From assembly GCF_001194135.2 (NCBI RefSeq), contig NC_068998.1:53165097-53229096 (forward strand): a DNA stretch of 64,000 nucleotides, given 5' to 3'. Origin of the DNA: Octopus bimaculoides (Eukaryota). This document shows positions 27,275 through 39,605 of the stretch, in pieces (positions within the stretch are counted from its first letter, which is position 1; each line of letters begins with the position of its first letter). The notes beneath the pieces were generated by a model. The model had not been told where the DNA came from, ran no database searches, and was given only the letters and a program-made list of their open reading frames with translations. The position numbers were made by a program, and so were the translations under genes.

Positions 27275-27475
27275 TGTGTGTGTGCGTATGTGTGAATGTG
27301 TTTCCTCCGTGTCCGCTTGATAACTGGTGTTGCTGTGTTTACGTACTCGTGAGAAGTGATTCGGCAAAAAAAGAGAACGACAGAATATATAGAACCAGAA
27401 ATATAATAAATACCTAAACTTCTTCAAAGCAGTGCCACAATATGTCCCTAGTCTAATTACTGAAACATGTAAAAA
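26917..27475 (+). mobile_element. SINE family B, full length, internal (TA)n/(TG)n tract with gap (N 27096-27215)
   Basis: gcttcctaaccacatg...acttgggcaagtgtctt (CORE-like)...tagacggaaactgaaag, then microsatellite, then tail ccgcttgataac...ttcggcaaaa...tgaaacatgtaaaa. Confidence 0.8.
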
Positions 27476-27837
27476 ATATATATATATATAAAAGCAGGAT
27501 TAAATAGATCAACGGTGTCTCTGTTAACAGCCGTTCATCCTCTGATGGTAATCACACCGTCTCTACTGTGTAATTTGATATTGCTGTATGTTACAAATTT
27601 TCGCCATCTTCCGCTTAAGTGTGAACAGGAATGCAGACCCACCCTACTTATCCTCTCACTCTCTCGGGCAGACAAATCTAGAGATTATTCTTAGAGGAAT
27701 ACAATTGAGTCACTTCTGTGTCAGAATATTTTTATTCTCTCGTAATAAATAATTAGGAGATCAATTAAAGCGATTTTGAATGTTGAAAAAAATCAGATAA
27801 TATTAATTCTCATCCCATTATGTATTTGTAATTATAA

Positions 27838-28027
27838 GGCGGCGAACTGGCAGAATCGTTAGTGCGTAGGACGAAATGCTTAGCGGTATTTCGCCCTTCG
27901 TTACGGTCTGAATTCAAATGCTGGCGAGGTCGATTTTGCCATTCATCCTTTCAAAGTCGATAGATTAAGTACCAGTTAAACACTGAGATTGATATAATCA
28001 ATTAGCTCCCTGCCCATAGATTTCAGA
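27838..28027 (+). mobile_element. SINE family A
   Basis: ggcggcgaactggcagaatcgttag head; gaggtcgattttgccattcatcctttc...gatagattaagtaccag core. Confidence 0.9.
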
Positions 28028-28126
28028 AAAGATGATATATTTGTAATTGTAAAATTACGCAATAAAACAAATTGCTTACAATATCCTTTTAATATACATA
28101 CATACACACGAAAGCACACGCACACA

Positions 28127-28129
28127 ATG

Positions 28130-28160
<31 letters not shown>

Positions 28161-28326
28161 TTGTATANNNNNNNNNNNNNNNNNNNNNNNNNNNNNNNNN
28201 NNNNNNNNNNNNNNNNNNNNNNNNNNNNNNNNNNNNNNNNNNNNNNNNNNNNNNNNNNNNNNNNNNNNNNNNNNNNNNNNNNNNNNNNNTATATATATAT
28301 ATATACATACATACAGAGAGAGAGAG

Positions 28327-28374
<48 letters not shown>

Positions 28375-28376
28375 TG
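28127..28376. repeat. Compound (TA)n/(AG)n/(TG)n microsatellite with gap (N 28168-28290)
   Basis: Direct reading. Confidence 0.9.
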
Positions 28377-29173
28377 ATATAAAATGGAAATGGAAAATAG
28401 CAGTCTTTGATAGTAAATCAAAACATTTCTTTCTTTTCATTGGACACCAGCTTTCGGTTGTTGAGTTTATTATTTATATAACATTATATTCGATTATTCT
28501 TTAGAATAACTATGTAATTAAATATTTTTCAGCAATGGCTGTGTTGATGCTTGCTCAGATGGAATGTGATCAAGCGCTGTTTGATTTCTGTGAGTTTCCT
28601 CAGCTATATCTGTCTATTTCTCTCCAATAATCAGTCCACTAGATTCCTGGGCCTCCTCACATATTGTTGTAGTGACACAAACATAATTACAAAAGTAATA
28701 TTATAACTATAACAACACCAATAGGAATAACAGAATAAAGGCGACTTTAACGATACTGACAATAATAAAAAATAATAAGAAAACCAAAACTATTTAATTT
28801 GATAGTGATAATGAAATAAAAATACATATAAAAATAAAGCTGGAGATACATCCACACATGTATATATGTGTGTGTATGCATGTGTTTATGTCATCTCAAT
28901 TAAAACCGAATACATCGTATATCACATTAATATATACGTCAAATAAATTTTGAAGATCTACGAAATATTGAATGTTATAGTACAATTGCATGTTATCCGT
29001 TAGTATGTACAGGGTAAATTTTCAAATTCTAATTTTTTTAAGAAGCAAGATTAATTCATAGAGGGTAATAATAAATATTACCACATTTCCTTTTCTGTAT
29101 TCATCATGCGAGAATTTTAAATATTCTGTGAGTGATATATTATTGGTCGAGCACATTAACCTCGGATATTTAG

Positions 29174-29390
29174 ATATTCTTTTCTACTCTAGGCACAAGG
29201 CCCGAAATTCTGTGGGAGGGGATCAGTCGAGTACATCGACCCCAGTACGCAACTGGTACTTAATTTATCGAACCCGAAAGGATCAAAGGCAAAGTCGACC
29301 GCGGCGGAATTTGAACTCAGAACGTAAAGACAGACGAAATACGGCTAAGCATTTCGCCCAGCGTGCTAACGTTTTTGCCAGCTCGCAGCC
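29174..29390 (-). mobile_element. SINE family A, full length, well preserved, tail type 1
   Basis: Reverse complement carries the family head, B-box gagttcaaattcc, core and gtgcctagagtagaaaagaatat tail. Confidence 0.92.
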
Positions 29391-31941
29391 GTCGGATAAT
29401 TAGATATTGTGTTATCAATTTTTGAGTTATATTATGCTTAGTAATGATTCTTAATTTCTTTCATATGGAATAACGAGGGGTATTGTGCACCGTTTAGAAA
29501 TCATGGGTATGTCTTTTTTATTATAAATACGGCTGTTTCCTTTCGGCACTTTATTTTACCTATGTATTACGGTTCTTTTTCTTCCTGTGTTTATTTTCTA
29601 TCGGAAGAAAGATTTTTGTATATGGGTAATAATTTATTGTTTCAATATTATTTACTTCATTAGCGATCACAAATAAGCTCTCTGAATCTAGAATATTTCT
29701 ATTGAATATTCCTCAAAGCGAATGATTCCGAACACACACAAAAACACACACACATATATACATACATACCTACATGCAGAGCACACCTACTCACATATAT
29801 ATCCACATATACATATTTATAAATCTATACTCACACACACACACAAATACATGCATACAAATGATTCTATGCGGCAATTTTAATAGAATATATATATATT
29901 AAATCCTTTACCACGAAACCTAATTGAATACAGCAGCAACCTTTATAGGAATGCAATAGGAAGAAAACCTTTATATCAATGTAATAGAAAGCGTTGGTGT
30001 AAAACTAATTAGATATTTTCAAAACCACTGCAGATGTAAATTCGAAAACATTGAAGAACTTTTTTATAATATTATTTACCTTATTCAATTAACATCCTTA
30101 TGTCAAATGGAATGCACACCTTTGCATTGGGACACAAAAACATAAAGCAGCAGCAAATAGAACTTAAATAGTACACATTTGAAATGACCATTCCATAAGA
30201 ATTTCTCTCACACAACGGATATTTTATTCGCAATCGCTAAAAGTTTTCAGAATGATATACACTAAAGAGGTTTCGAATCAAACGTATTCATATTTATACA
30301 TCATCATTACAAATACATTAGTGCCAGATGACCCCCGCATACATACGCATGTACATATATAGATCTATACAGAGAAACACACAGACACACACACATACAT
30401 GCATATATAAGTGTGTGTGGGTGCGTACGTATATCTATAATTGTGTTTCTACCTATATCAATTTATCCACACATATTCGATATCAATATAACTTTATGCT
30501 TGTGGTGTCGATACCTCCAAGTGTTTCCGATTGCCTATATTACTTGACTAAGAAATATATCGAGGTTCGGCTCTGGTTAATAATCAATAATTATAGGTAA
30601 ATTTTCTGCTAGTAACCATTAAGCATGTACGTAACTTGCGGAGTGAAGTGGAAACCCCGTGTATAAACATTTTATATGAAAGCAATATGGGAATCAATTT
30701 CCTTATGAAATATGTCTTCATACAAAACTAAATTCTGTATATAAAATATATATATTCTTCCTTTTACATGTTTATTGCTAAACGAAATCTAAACCGTCTA
30801 CACGTGCGTATGTATATATAATGCTGCTGATTCCTGTGGTTATCCTGTCATTATATTTCTGGATGTCACTTCATTGGTTCATCCAGGACCATGTTTCGAT
30901 TTCATCTTTAGCGTGGTTTTAATATAAATACTCCTATATCTATTCAATTAATTAATCACTCTAACAACGAAAACCTTTTGTGTCCTGTCTGCCGAAATGG
31001 TTACATATCTAATTTTGTCGGATTATTAATATTAACTAGAATATATTAACCACCGTTTTACCACTAAGGTGATTAAAATAATTACTCTGCAACCATTAAC
31101 AAATTTTACTATATAGTAATTAAATGAAACGACGTGAATTTCACACAGAAGCTAACAAATGAATAATGCTAAGAGTTTGTTAAGCTTTTACTGCATTCAC
31201 ACATTAGTAGAATGGGATTAAAACAGTGGCCTCATTTCTCTCTTTGGTGTGTTGTACGTAGAGTGAAACTATTTACGTCTCAAATAGAGAGGTTAATAAA
31301 GAGAGTAATAATGTATATGCTGTTAGTGGTACGGCTGACTATTAATAGAATTATGGGATTAACAGTTTAATATTAAACGTACGATCAAAAGATTTAAAGA
31401 TTTACGCTTAAACAATGTGATTGCACTCTACCATCCAGGCATGACACACCCCCAACCAGAGCCTACTTATCCAAACATAAAACGTAAACACAGAATTTCT
31501 ATATTCAATAATGATAAAATAAAACAAGTACTATTATTCATTTAAGATTAATTGATAATCATCACAATTAATACCTTCAATATATTCCAATTCACATAAT
31601 TATGGCCGCAGTGGACGGATATATACACATTAGAATAAATGTACATGACGTAATCATTTTGTTCTCAGCGGTATATTCCACTTAGTTTATATATTGATGT
31701 GTGTATGATGTATGTGTATGTGCGTGCGTGCTGTTCTAAGCAATCCAGCTTTGTTTTCCATTTATGGCATATATAATTTTAGGGGAATTACTTCAGTGTT
31801 GAAACTGTCTCCCTTTCTCGTTTGCGTTTGGTCGAATGGACTGGAGATATTTGTTACATTGGTAATTTTAATAAATCAAAAATTTATCTTGCACCAGTAT
31901 TTAATAAACACTTATTCTTTTTTTGTTTTATTTAACTTGTG

Positions 31942-31977
31942 AGGAAGGAAGGGAGGAAGGAAGGGAGGAAGGAAGGA
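31942..31977. repeat. 12-bp purine unit (gaggaaggaagg)x3
   Basis: Direct reading. Confidence 0.85.
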
Positions 31978-32231
31978 TATCACTAAAACCATTCAAACTG
32001 ACGGGATGGAGGGAGAAATATAGCTTCAACTCGGAGACCTGGCTTGAATGTATAAAGTAGAGAGAAAACTCCCGTACAAAACAGAAGGTCGTAACATTTA
32101 ATCAAGAAACCACCCCAATATGAACTCATAACACAAATCTTCCGAACAAATGCTACTACTTACCTGGTCCAACAGTTTTGCGGTTCTACAAATCTTGTCT
32201 CCCAGATTTGTACTTTTTAATTCACTTGAAA

Positions 32232-32330
32232 CATATTGACTTCAGTTGGATTTGAACTCACGTAGCAGAGGGACGATACAAATGGAGAAGCCATCTAACG
32301 ATTTAACGACTTGGCAAAATCGCCACCCAG
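32232..32330 (-). mobile_element. Degenerate SINE family A head
   Basis: Reverse complement ggtggcgattttgccaagtcgtta...gctacgtgagttcaaatcc. Confidence 0.6.
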
Positions 32331-34340
32331 TGTACAGCATTATCAATAATGAGATCATTGTGAGCAGAAGTTTTGCCTTGTTGAAGTCCACATGAACCAC
32401 CTTTGGCGAGATGCAACCAACTGAACATATTACAGTTAGACAACTAATGTTGACGATATCAGCAAACATCTCTATTTGTTATAGAAAAAGCTTAGATATG
32501 CTACATCGTTGTAATCCTAACAATGTCTTGGGGCAAAGTTTATGGGAAAACTTACTGCTTCAGATAAATTCACTTTCGGTGGTCTGCTAGATTGTATATA
32601 TGATAACACAATACGTTTGGTAACTGATAAAATGAAATAAAATTAATTTCGATATGTTAGAGAGATGAAAGCATTCACATCCATCAAATAAAAAAAATAT
32701 CGATTTCATTGCCAATAGCCAACAAGAATTCTCAGACCATCTCTGACTTCAAAAAGAAGCCTAAAAACCATTCTTTTTACCGACGCAGAATAATATTTAC
32801 TAAACCTGAGATAACATATTTTCAATATCATGCATACATGAACCTCTCTTTAAAACTATTCTTAGATTGGAGACATAGAAGTAACTCTGCAATATTAATG
32901 TTTCATATGGTCGTCACCTTCATCGCCACCCTAATCATTTCAGCATCACTATAAACAACAGCAACGACAATAACTACAGCAACAACACTGTTGCCATAAT
33001 GATGTCTCGATTGAAGCTATCAGCATCTAGATTCGGTAGATGAGATTGACATCTGCTAATACATCTCCAGACATATAGGGTTTGAAAGTAGTTTTGAAAT
33101 TGAAAAACGAAAAATGTGTATCTTGACAAACCTTTAGGAGAATAATATGAAGGATAGTTTTTGAAGGCATCAAAACGAAAGTTGTGAGAAAAATGAGTAA
33201 TATTGATTGATTTTGTCCGACATCACGAAACAAATAAACAAGAGGTAATAACGTTAAAAATAATGATATAAAAATATAGAAACTGCAGCATCTGCATCAT
33301 GAAATTATCTCATATTTTTAATGAGAAATGGAGGAAAGAAGACAGAAAATAAAAGTTCGGACAAAGGAAGTTATTGCCACTATGATGTGAGGAAGAGTGG
33401 TTTTACAAACTGTAATTCTATTCGCCAAGCAGACTGTTAAGTCATTAGATAATCGATTGATTGATTCTATTTTCTTGTTACTTAACTAACACTCTTTAGG
33501 TCATTGGGTCGTCGTTGATAAGGTGTTTCGTGAGTCGATAGTGATTACTGCTAAAACTCTTCTCTGCAGTTTCTTTTGTCTAGTATTATGTGGTTGTTAA
33601 TGAGGTGTGTTTAGCACACGGTTACACATGAAACAAGATTAATAAGTAGATGACTTTATTACCTGTAATGTAACACACGCAACCATACAACAGGTTTTAA
33701 TTGTAATTAGGCAGTCATTCCTTCAATTTCCAAAGAGAATATATAGATAAAGAAAACAAAAACAGACGAATATGAAGAATAATTATCGAGGAAGTTCGAA
33801 TAGTTTTCAGTTGTATTATGACAGTTCGTTAAGAAGGACAAAGTTGACGTATTAATAAATATGTTACGTTATCTTCCATTGGTATCATTTGATTTGCAAA
33901 CATTTAGTGCGCTACATGCCTCCTTAGTCTGCACTTCCTTATGAAATATGACTCTCTTCAATGCTGCTCTTATAACTCGCTGTTATCACTTCTTATTGTG
34001 TCATTTACATCAGTTGATTACGTCTCTGCTTGTAACATATCTCCAAATCCGTTGCCAGCACGTTGTGGTTCAAATATCAAATATTGTGATTATCACCGTA
34101 TGTCTTGTAAATTGTGAAGTAATGTTGATGTAATTCACATTAAATTAATTTTGCATTAATATATATTAACTAAAGAAATTGCATTCCATGTCTGCAAAAT
34201 ATGTATCAAAATAAAATTTTCTCAATGATATATAGCTTCTTTAACATTTTACTGAGTATCGACGCCACTCGAAACTGTGTGTTTCAAAATATTAAATTTT
34301 AGCGGGAATAAATTTCTTTACTATTTGAAGAGAACAAGTT

Positions 34341-34622
34341 GTGGTTGTGCGTGGCTAAGTGATTAGTATATTCGACTCATGTTTGTATAGTCTTGAGTTC
34401 GATTCCCGTCGGTGTGTTGTGTCCTTCATCAAAACGCATTGCTTTGCAATATTCCATTCCACTCAAATGGATAACATGTGTTGTAACTGTATTTCTTGTC
34501 ACATTCTGTGCTATACTGAATCTCACTGAGAACTACGTTAATTGGACTAGTTTGTGCAGTGCCCACGCTGATGGGTCGATCGGATCAACTAGAATATTTG
34601 TCATCGTAACCGACGGACTGTC
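34341..34622 (+). mobile_element. SINE family C
   Basis: tgcgtggctaagtg A-box, gagttcgattccc B-box, ctgagaactacgttaa, gatcggatcaact, cgtaaccgacgg tail; matches 843-1147 on the minus strand. Confidence 0.8.
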
Positions 34623-35204
34623 AGTCAGTTATCATATCTTCTATACTGTAATCCGAAAGGATACTGAAATAGCGGCTCGAGATTGTATTGACCATAAATT
34701 ACAAGTGTTTCGGAATTCAAAGCCGGACTATGGTAGATTTCGTTACGTTCTGATAATTTTTGCTCGGAGAGAATTTAAGTTATTTTTCTGTGCCAAACAT
34801 AAAGCTTTGGGCTTGGACGTTCTTCTGGCTAATAGTTCTCAGTTCACATTAAAATCTCAGATGACCGCCAATCTACTTTAGAGATAACAGATAATGACTT
34901 TGCATTACATGTGTACGTTGTGACAGATCACTATCGATCCCATCGTATTCCGACTAATTAGTGTTTCGCCTTCATGTTGTTCAACTGAATTGCTCAAGGT
35001 GTTTCAGGTGGAATTTTTGTGCTGCTTTTACTGCAGCTAATTGAAGGTTTTGCATTCGCAATTGCTTTCGCTTATCTATAAATATCGTATAACGTATAGT
35101 TTTGTATTTGATCTGCATCATTTGGTATTAATTATTGCGCTGGATCGTTCACATCTTATATGACACAAGAAACATATAGCAAAGCAAGCAATACACACCC
35201 TGTA

Positions 35205-36223
35205 AAGGAGATGTGACAATTTGCTTTTACATTTCATAATGAAAATCCGTTTTCCAATCACTGACATACTGAACGATATCTTAACCTTGCGTATTTCTGC
35301 AATAATAATTCTTAAAATGTTATATTAATCTAAGCAAGTTGAATAATTAAATAATTTATTCAAAACGTTAATATTTCTTTGATAATCTAACGGTGTGATG
35401 TAACCAATATTTTTGTAGGAATTTTCTTTAATCACCTTGATGAAAAATGTACAGATTCTGAATTTCGTTGATTCTCAGCCCTCTGTTGCATTTTGCGTTA
35501 CAGTTAATCCCATCCGTTCATCATCTAAGACATTTTTCAATCCCAGAATGAAGCATTTGCAAATTAGTTATGAGTAGCAGATGATAAATCATTATAAAAC
35601 GCAACGGAATGTACGCAATAAATACCATCGCTCCATCAATTTCTAGAAGAATATCGTAACCACTGGAACTTAAATTCCCTCTGCGTCCAAATAACGCTCA
35701 TTGATAATTGTAGAACATTTTTCGAAAGACGATTTATGTGCGACGGGAAAACGGTATAACCAGTTTTACTGATTGTCCTTATTTTACCATAAGAAATAGA
35801 AATATAATGAATCAAGGATTTCCGGAGTATTGTTGGTGTGGGCGTTCAGAAGTAGATGCAGCTTTGCACCTACCCTCTCATTTATCTTGTTATCAATCAT
35901 CAAACATTCTATGTATATGTAAACTATGTTAATAAGCGAATACAGTTTTCAGGTACATAATATGTGATAATGAGCAATATAGCTATTCGGAGAAACATTG
36001 TCAGCAAGAACTATAACATTCTAGACCTCAGATTTGGACGAACATTCATCGGGGAATGTATGAACGCTAAGGTTACACACAATGTATTCTTCAAAAGAAA
36101 CATTTTCGGTTTAAGGATTATTGTTGCAGAAGTACGTAAGGGTACGATGACGTTCAGTATGTCAGCGATTGGAAACCATTATTAGACATTATGAAATGTA
36201 AAAACAAATTGTCACATCTCCTT
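35205..36223. mobile_element. Foldback/MITE-like non-autonomous DNA element with long terminal inverted repeats
   Basis: 35205-35315 is the near reverse complement of 36108-36223; weaker similarity continues inward for a further ~150 bp. Confidence 0.8.
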
Positions 36224-36361
36224 CTTAACGGAGGGAAAATAGAAATTTAGTATTTCTTGTTCGGGCAACAGTTAGATGAAAGTGCTTAACTGATTAGGTA
36301 TGTAGAAGTCAAATTTTTCCGCCGAAATCGAATTATTGCAACGAGGTCTATATATTTCACC

Positions 36362-36392
<31 letters not shown>

Positions 36393-36405
36393 GAGTAGTA
36401 GTAGT
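36362..36405. repeat. (TAG)n microsatellite
   Basis: Direct reading. Confidence 0.9.
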
Positions 36406-36469
36406 TTCATTTGTGAAAAAAGGTTGTTTTTGATTTGCTGCCGAAAGTGGTCTATATCTGTGGTGGGAA

Positions 36470-36540
36470 GGGCGAGGGGCCGCTACGAATGTGGCCCGGG
36501 TGCCAAGAGGGCGGCAGCCTGAAACGTTTGGGAACCACTG
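36470..36540. mobile_element. hAT (Charlie-like) DNA transposon end, single TIR
   Basis: gtttgggaaccactg is the reverse complement of the hAT-type TIR cagtggttcccaaac; next 8 bp ctctaggg resemble the NTCTAGAN target preference. No partner TIR found. Confidence 0.6.
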
Positions 36541-36997
36541 CTCTAGGGTTGTAATCCTCCGAACAATTTCATCGCGACTTTGCCCACTGCAGAGATAATC
36601 CCCAAAACATTATCAAACAATGACCCATGAAATGATTCTGGAAATCGCTTGAAAATGAATATGCTTCAAATTTAGATTGAGATATCTAACTTATACGGAT
36701 GTGAATGTGCACAGACATGAATTGTATTCAATGCAGTTGAGAAAATAAAATGTATTTTCCAAACTAAAAATCGATACACTGAATTTAGACAGAAAGTATT
36801 TATTTTACCGTTGAATTTGGTTAAATGCCATATACTAAGATTAATGTCCTTACTGCAAAGTTCTACTTGGTTAATGTTCAATAATAATGTTAAATAAATT
36901 CAACTGGGCTTTATTTAATGTTAATAATATTTCAATATTAACAATGTTTAATGTTTGATAATGTGTAATTATGTTTAATATTAATATTATAAAATAA

Positions 36998-37207
36998 GGT
37001 GGCGAAATGGCAGAATAGTTAGCGCCCCGGGAAAAGTGCTTAGCGCCCCGCGTCCCGATGGACGTTCAGAGTTTAACTTCTGCCGAGCTCGTCTTTACCT
37101 TTCGTCCTTTCGGGTCATTGAGGTAGAACTAGTTGAGAACTGGCGTTGATATCATCGACTTACCCCACCCCCGAACTTGTTGGCCTTGTGCCAAACTTTG
37201 AAATTAA
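36998..37207 (+). mobile_element. SINE family A, diverged, tail type 2
   Basis: ggtggcgaaatggcagaatagttag head, cctttcgtcctttcggg core, gttggccttgtgccaaactttgaaattaat tail. Confidence 0.85.
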
Positions 37208-38918
37208 TACTATGAAATGATAATAGAAAAGAGGAAAATACTGATAATATGAGTGCTACTTGTAAGCTCTCTTTTTGCATTAAAAAAACATCTAAGATTC
37301 TAAATAAGATCTTTGACAAAGAATTAAAGAAAACAGAAGCATATTTTCGAAAAAAAAAAACTGATACTTTTGGAACATTTTTGTCCGTCATAGCTGTTGC
37401 TGGGTTTGATCTCTGCTGCTTTGGTATATAAATATAAAGTGGGGGTGTATGAATGCTATATGCAGAAACACGAGCAACTACAAAGTGTCAGGGTCACAGA
37501 TGTAACAGTTGTCTGTTAAAATGATGCTTAACATTTAAATGAAAACATATCACAACATATCAGAGGCACTAAGTGGGACTAAAGCATATACAGAGCTTTA
37601 TAGAATATAATTTCCTGGCTGGCAAGCTAATGAACAATTATAAGGAATGCTTTTGCCAGGTAAGCAGAAATGTATTATTCCATTCGTTCTATGAAAGAAG
37701 ATTAGACAATTAAGTTTCAGTAAATACAATATACAATCCATTATCAGAGAGTAAGAATGAAGATTGGATCATATCAGGATCTAAATGAAGTTCAAAGTAA
37801 TATAATGAAGATGTAAAAGAATTAACCGCTGAAGAAATATGTATATACTTATGTATGGAGAGAAAGGAAGGGAAAATATTTATTGGGAATCAAAGAACAT
37901 GTATGATAAATTGGCCAAAAATAATACAGAAATAGAAACGAAAATGGAGAACCTTCTTAGAAATGATTTCTGAAAACTATCAAATTAGAAATATACAACG
38001 AACAGGTTAGGGAAATCACGAGTAAAATCAATAGCGCACTGCTTTGCACGAGAACTGACACTATTACGAGGACAATTAAATTCATCATAGCTGCAAAGGT
38101 TTGCGTTGGTGAAAAATGTGGAATAAATCTAGAAGTAAATAAGAACAACAATCTGGAAGCATTGTAGGGAATAAGGTTGGAAGATAGCATCAATTGATTG
38201 CGTCAGCATATAAATATAATTGAGAAAGAGAAGCTGAAATTGTAAAATACAAAAATATGTGATACTTGAAAGAAAATATAATGAGAAATGCAAAGGAATA
38301 TCTGTATGGTTATATAAGATTTTAAACAAATATACGTAGTGTAAACAGCAAAAATGAAGGAAAAAACAACATGCAATCAGTATTGCTCATATATTCTACA
38401 CAATGCAAAATCGATTATTACGTTTCTGAGGAAAAAATCCGTAAACTCACACGACGAGAAGGTAAAGGAGGAGATGGTGTAACGATTACTGAAGACGAAT
38501 ATAGAACAATGACGCATAAGAGAAGAGAAGTGCTAACTAGAAGAGGAACAACTAACGCAAACAGATACAGCTATAACTGATATTGGATTGAAATCCAGTG
38601 TTACAAGAAAGTCTTGTCTATTGACAGAGTATAAAGGGATTTATTAGTTAAGGAAAGAAAATCCTTTCTTCTGCAAATAAATAAAATAGTAGTGTTCTGT
38701 GGTTGTCGAACATCAGCAACTTAAAAAGCAAAAGTGAAAAGAATGTTGTTGTTGGAACTATTGTCTTGTTACTAGGTTCTAACAGAGAAAACAGATCTTT
38801 GGTAATTCAGAGGTTGAAACAGACTGGCAACCTAGTCTTGGCAATGCTTTAGAATTTTTCCCCATTTAATGTTGAGGAGTCGTGTGTTTAGAGACGGTGT
38901 AGTGAATATTGTATGTTT

Positions 38919-38956
38919 GGCTTCTTTCAGTTTCCGTCTACCAAAGGTTTCACAAG
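38919..38956 (-). mobile_element. SINE family B short internal fragment
   Basis: ggcttctttcagtttccgtctaccaaa is the reverse complement of the tagacggaaactgaaag segment at 27059-27080. Confidence 0.65.
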
Positions 38957-39019
38957 TAGTAGTAGTAGTAGTAGGAAATGGCATTAGACCGAGCAAAAGG
39001 AGGATAATGAGTAGAAGAC

Positions 39020-39605
39020 TTTCTTTTACTTGCTAATAATTGGAATACAGCCACGCTGGGTTGCCTCCACCCAGGATTTAGTCCGTCGACTCTCGACCAT
39101 TTTCACAGGTCTTTGAGGCGAAACCAGAATCAGCGCTAAATGTCCAGCAGCAAAAACAGTCACAGAAGTCCAGATAGATATATATACATTCTTTTCTACT
39201 CTAGGCACAAGGTCTGAAATTTGGTGGGGATGCCACCAGTTGATTAGATCGACTCCAGTACGCAGCTGGTATTTCGAGGTTGATAAAAAAAAAAAATTAT
39301 CAACCTCGAACGGGTGAAAACCAAAGTGGACCTCGGCGGAATTTGAACTCAGAACGTAAAGACAGACGGAATACCGCTAAGCATTTCGCCCAGTGTGCGA
39401 ACGTTTCTGCCAGCTCGCCACCTTCCAAATACAGCTATATACATTATCTGAGGTTGTACAGAGTTTCCATTTACTACTATTTTACTCGTGAGGCATCGTT
39501 CGGTCAGGTACTCTAGTAGCAAATGATTGAGATAGGTGAGACAGAGGCATTGAATTCGAAACTACATATTTGTAGAGCAAGCCTCTTAACCGCAGAATAA
39601 TGTCT
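39020..39605 (-). mobile_element. Old SINE family B copy interrupted by a family A insertion
   Basis: Tail-like 39020-39175 and head-like 39435-39605 (cagagtttccatttact...tagtag...gagcaagcctcttaacc) flank the A copy in the expected order. Confidence 0.5.
39187..39422 (-). mobile_element. SINE family A, full length, tail type 1, with internal inverted duplication
   Basis: Colinear with 29174-29390 except for the insertion near 39273-39296. Confidence 0.92.

Noticed and set aside
29128-29403. Similar peptides here and at 39280-39516 (PRRNLNSERKDRRNTAKHFAQ) suggesting a gene family
   Set aside because: Both are antisense translations of family A SINE copies.
34393-34881. 162-aa ORF, the longest non-microsatellite ORF
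   Set aside because: Starts inside a family C SINE B-box and reads through it; no domain recognised.
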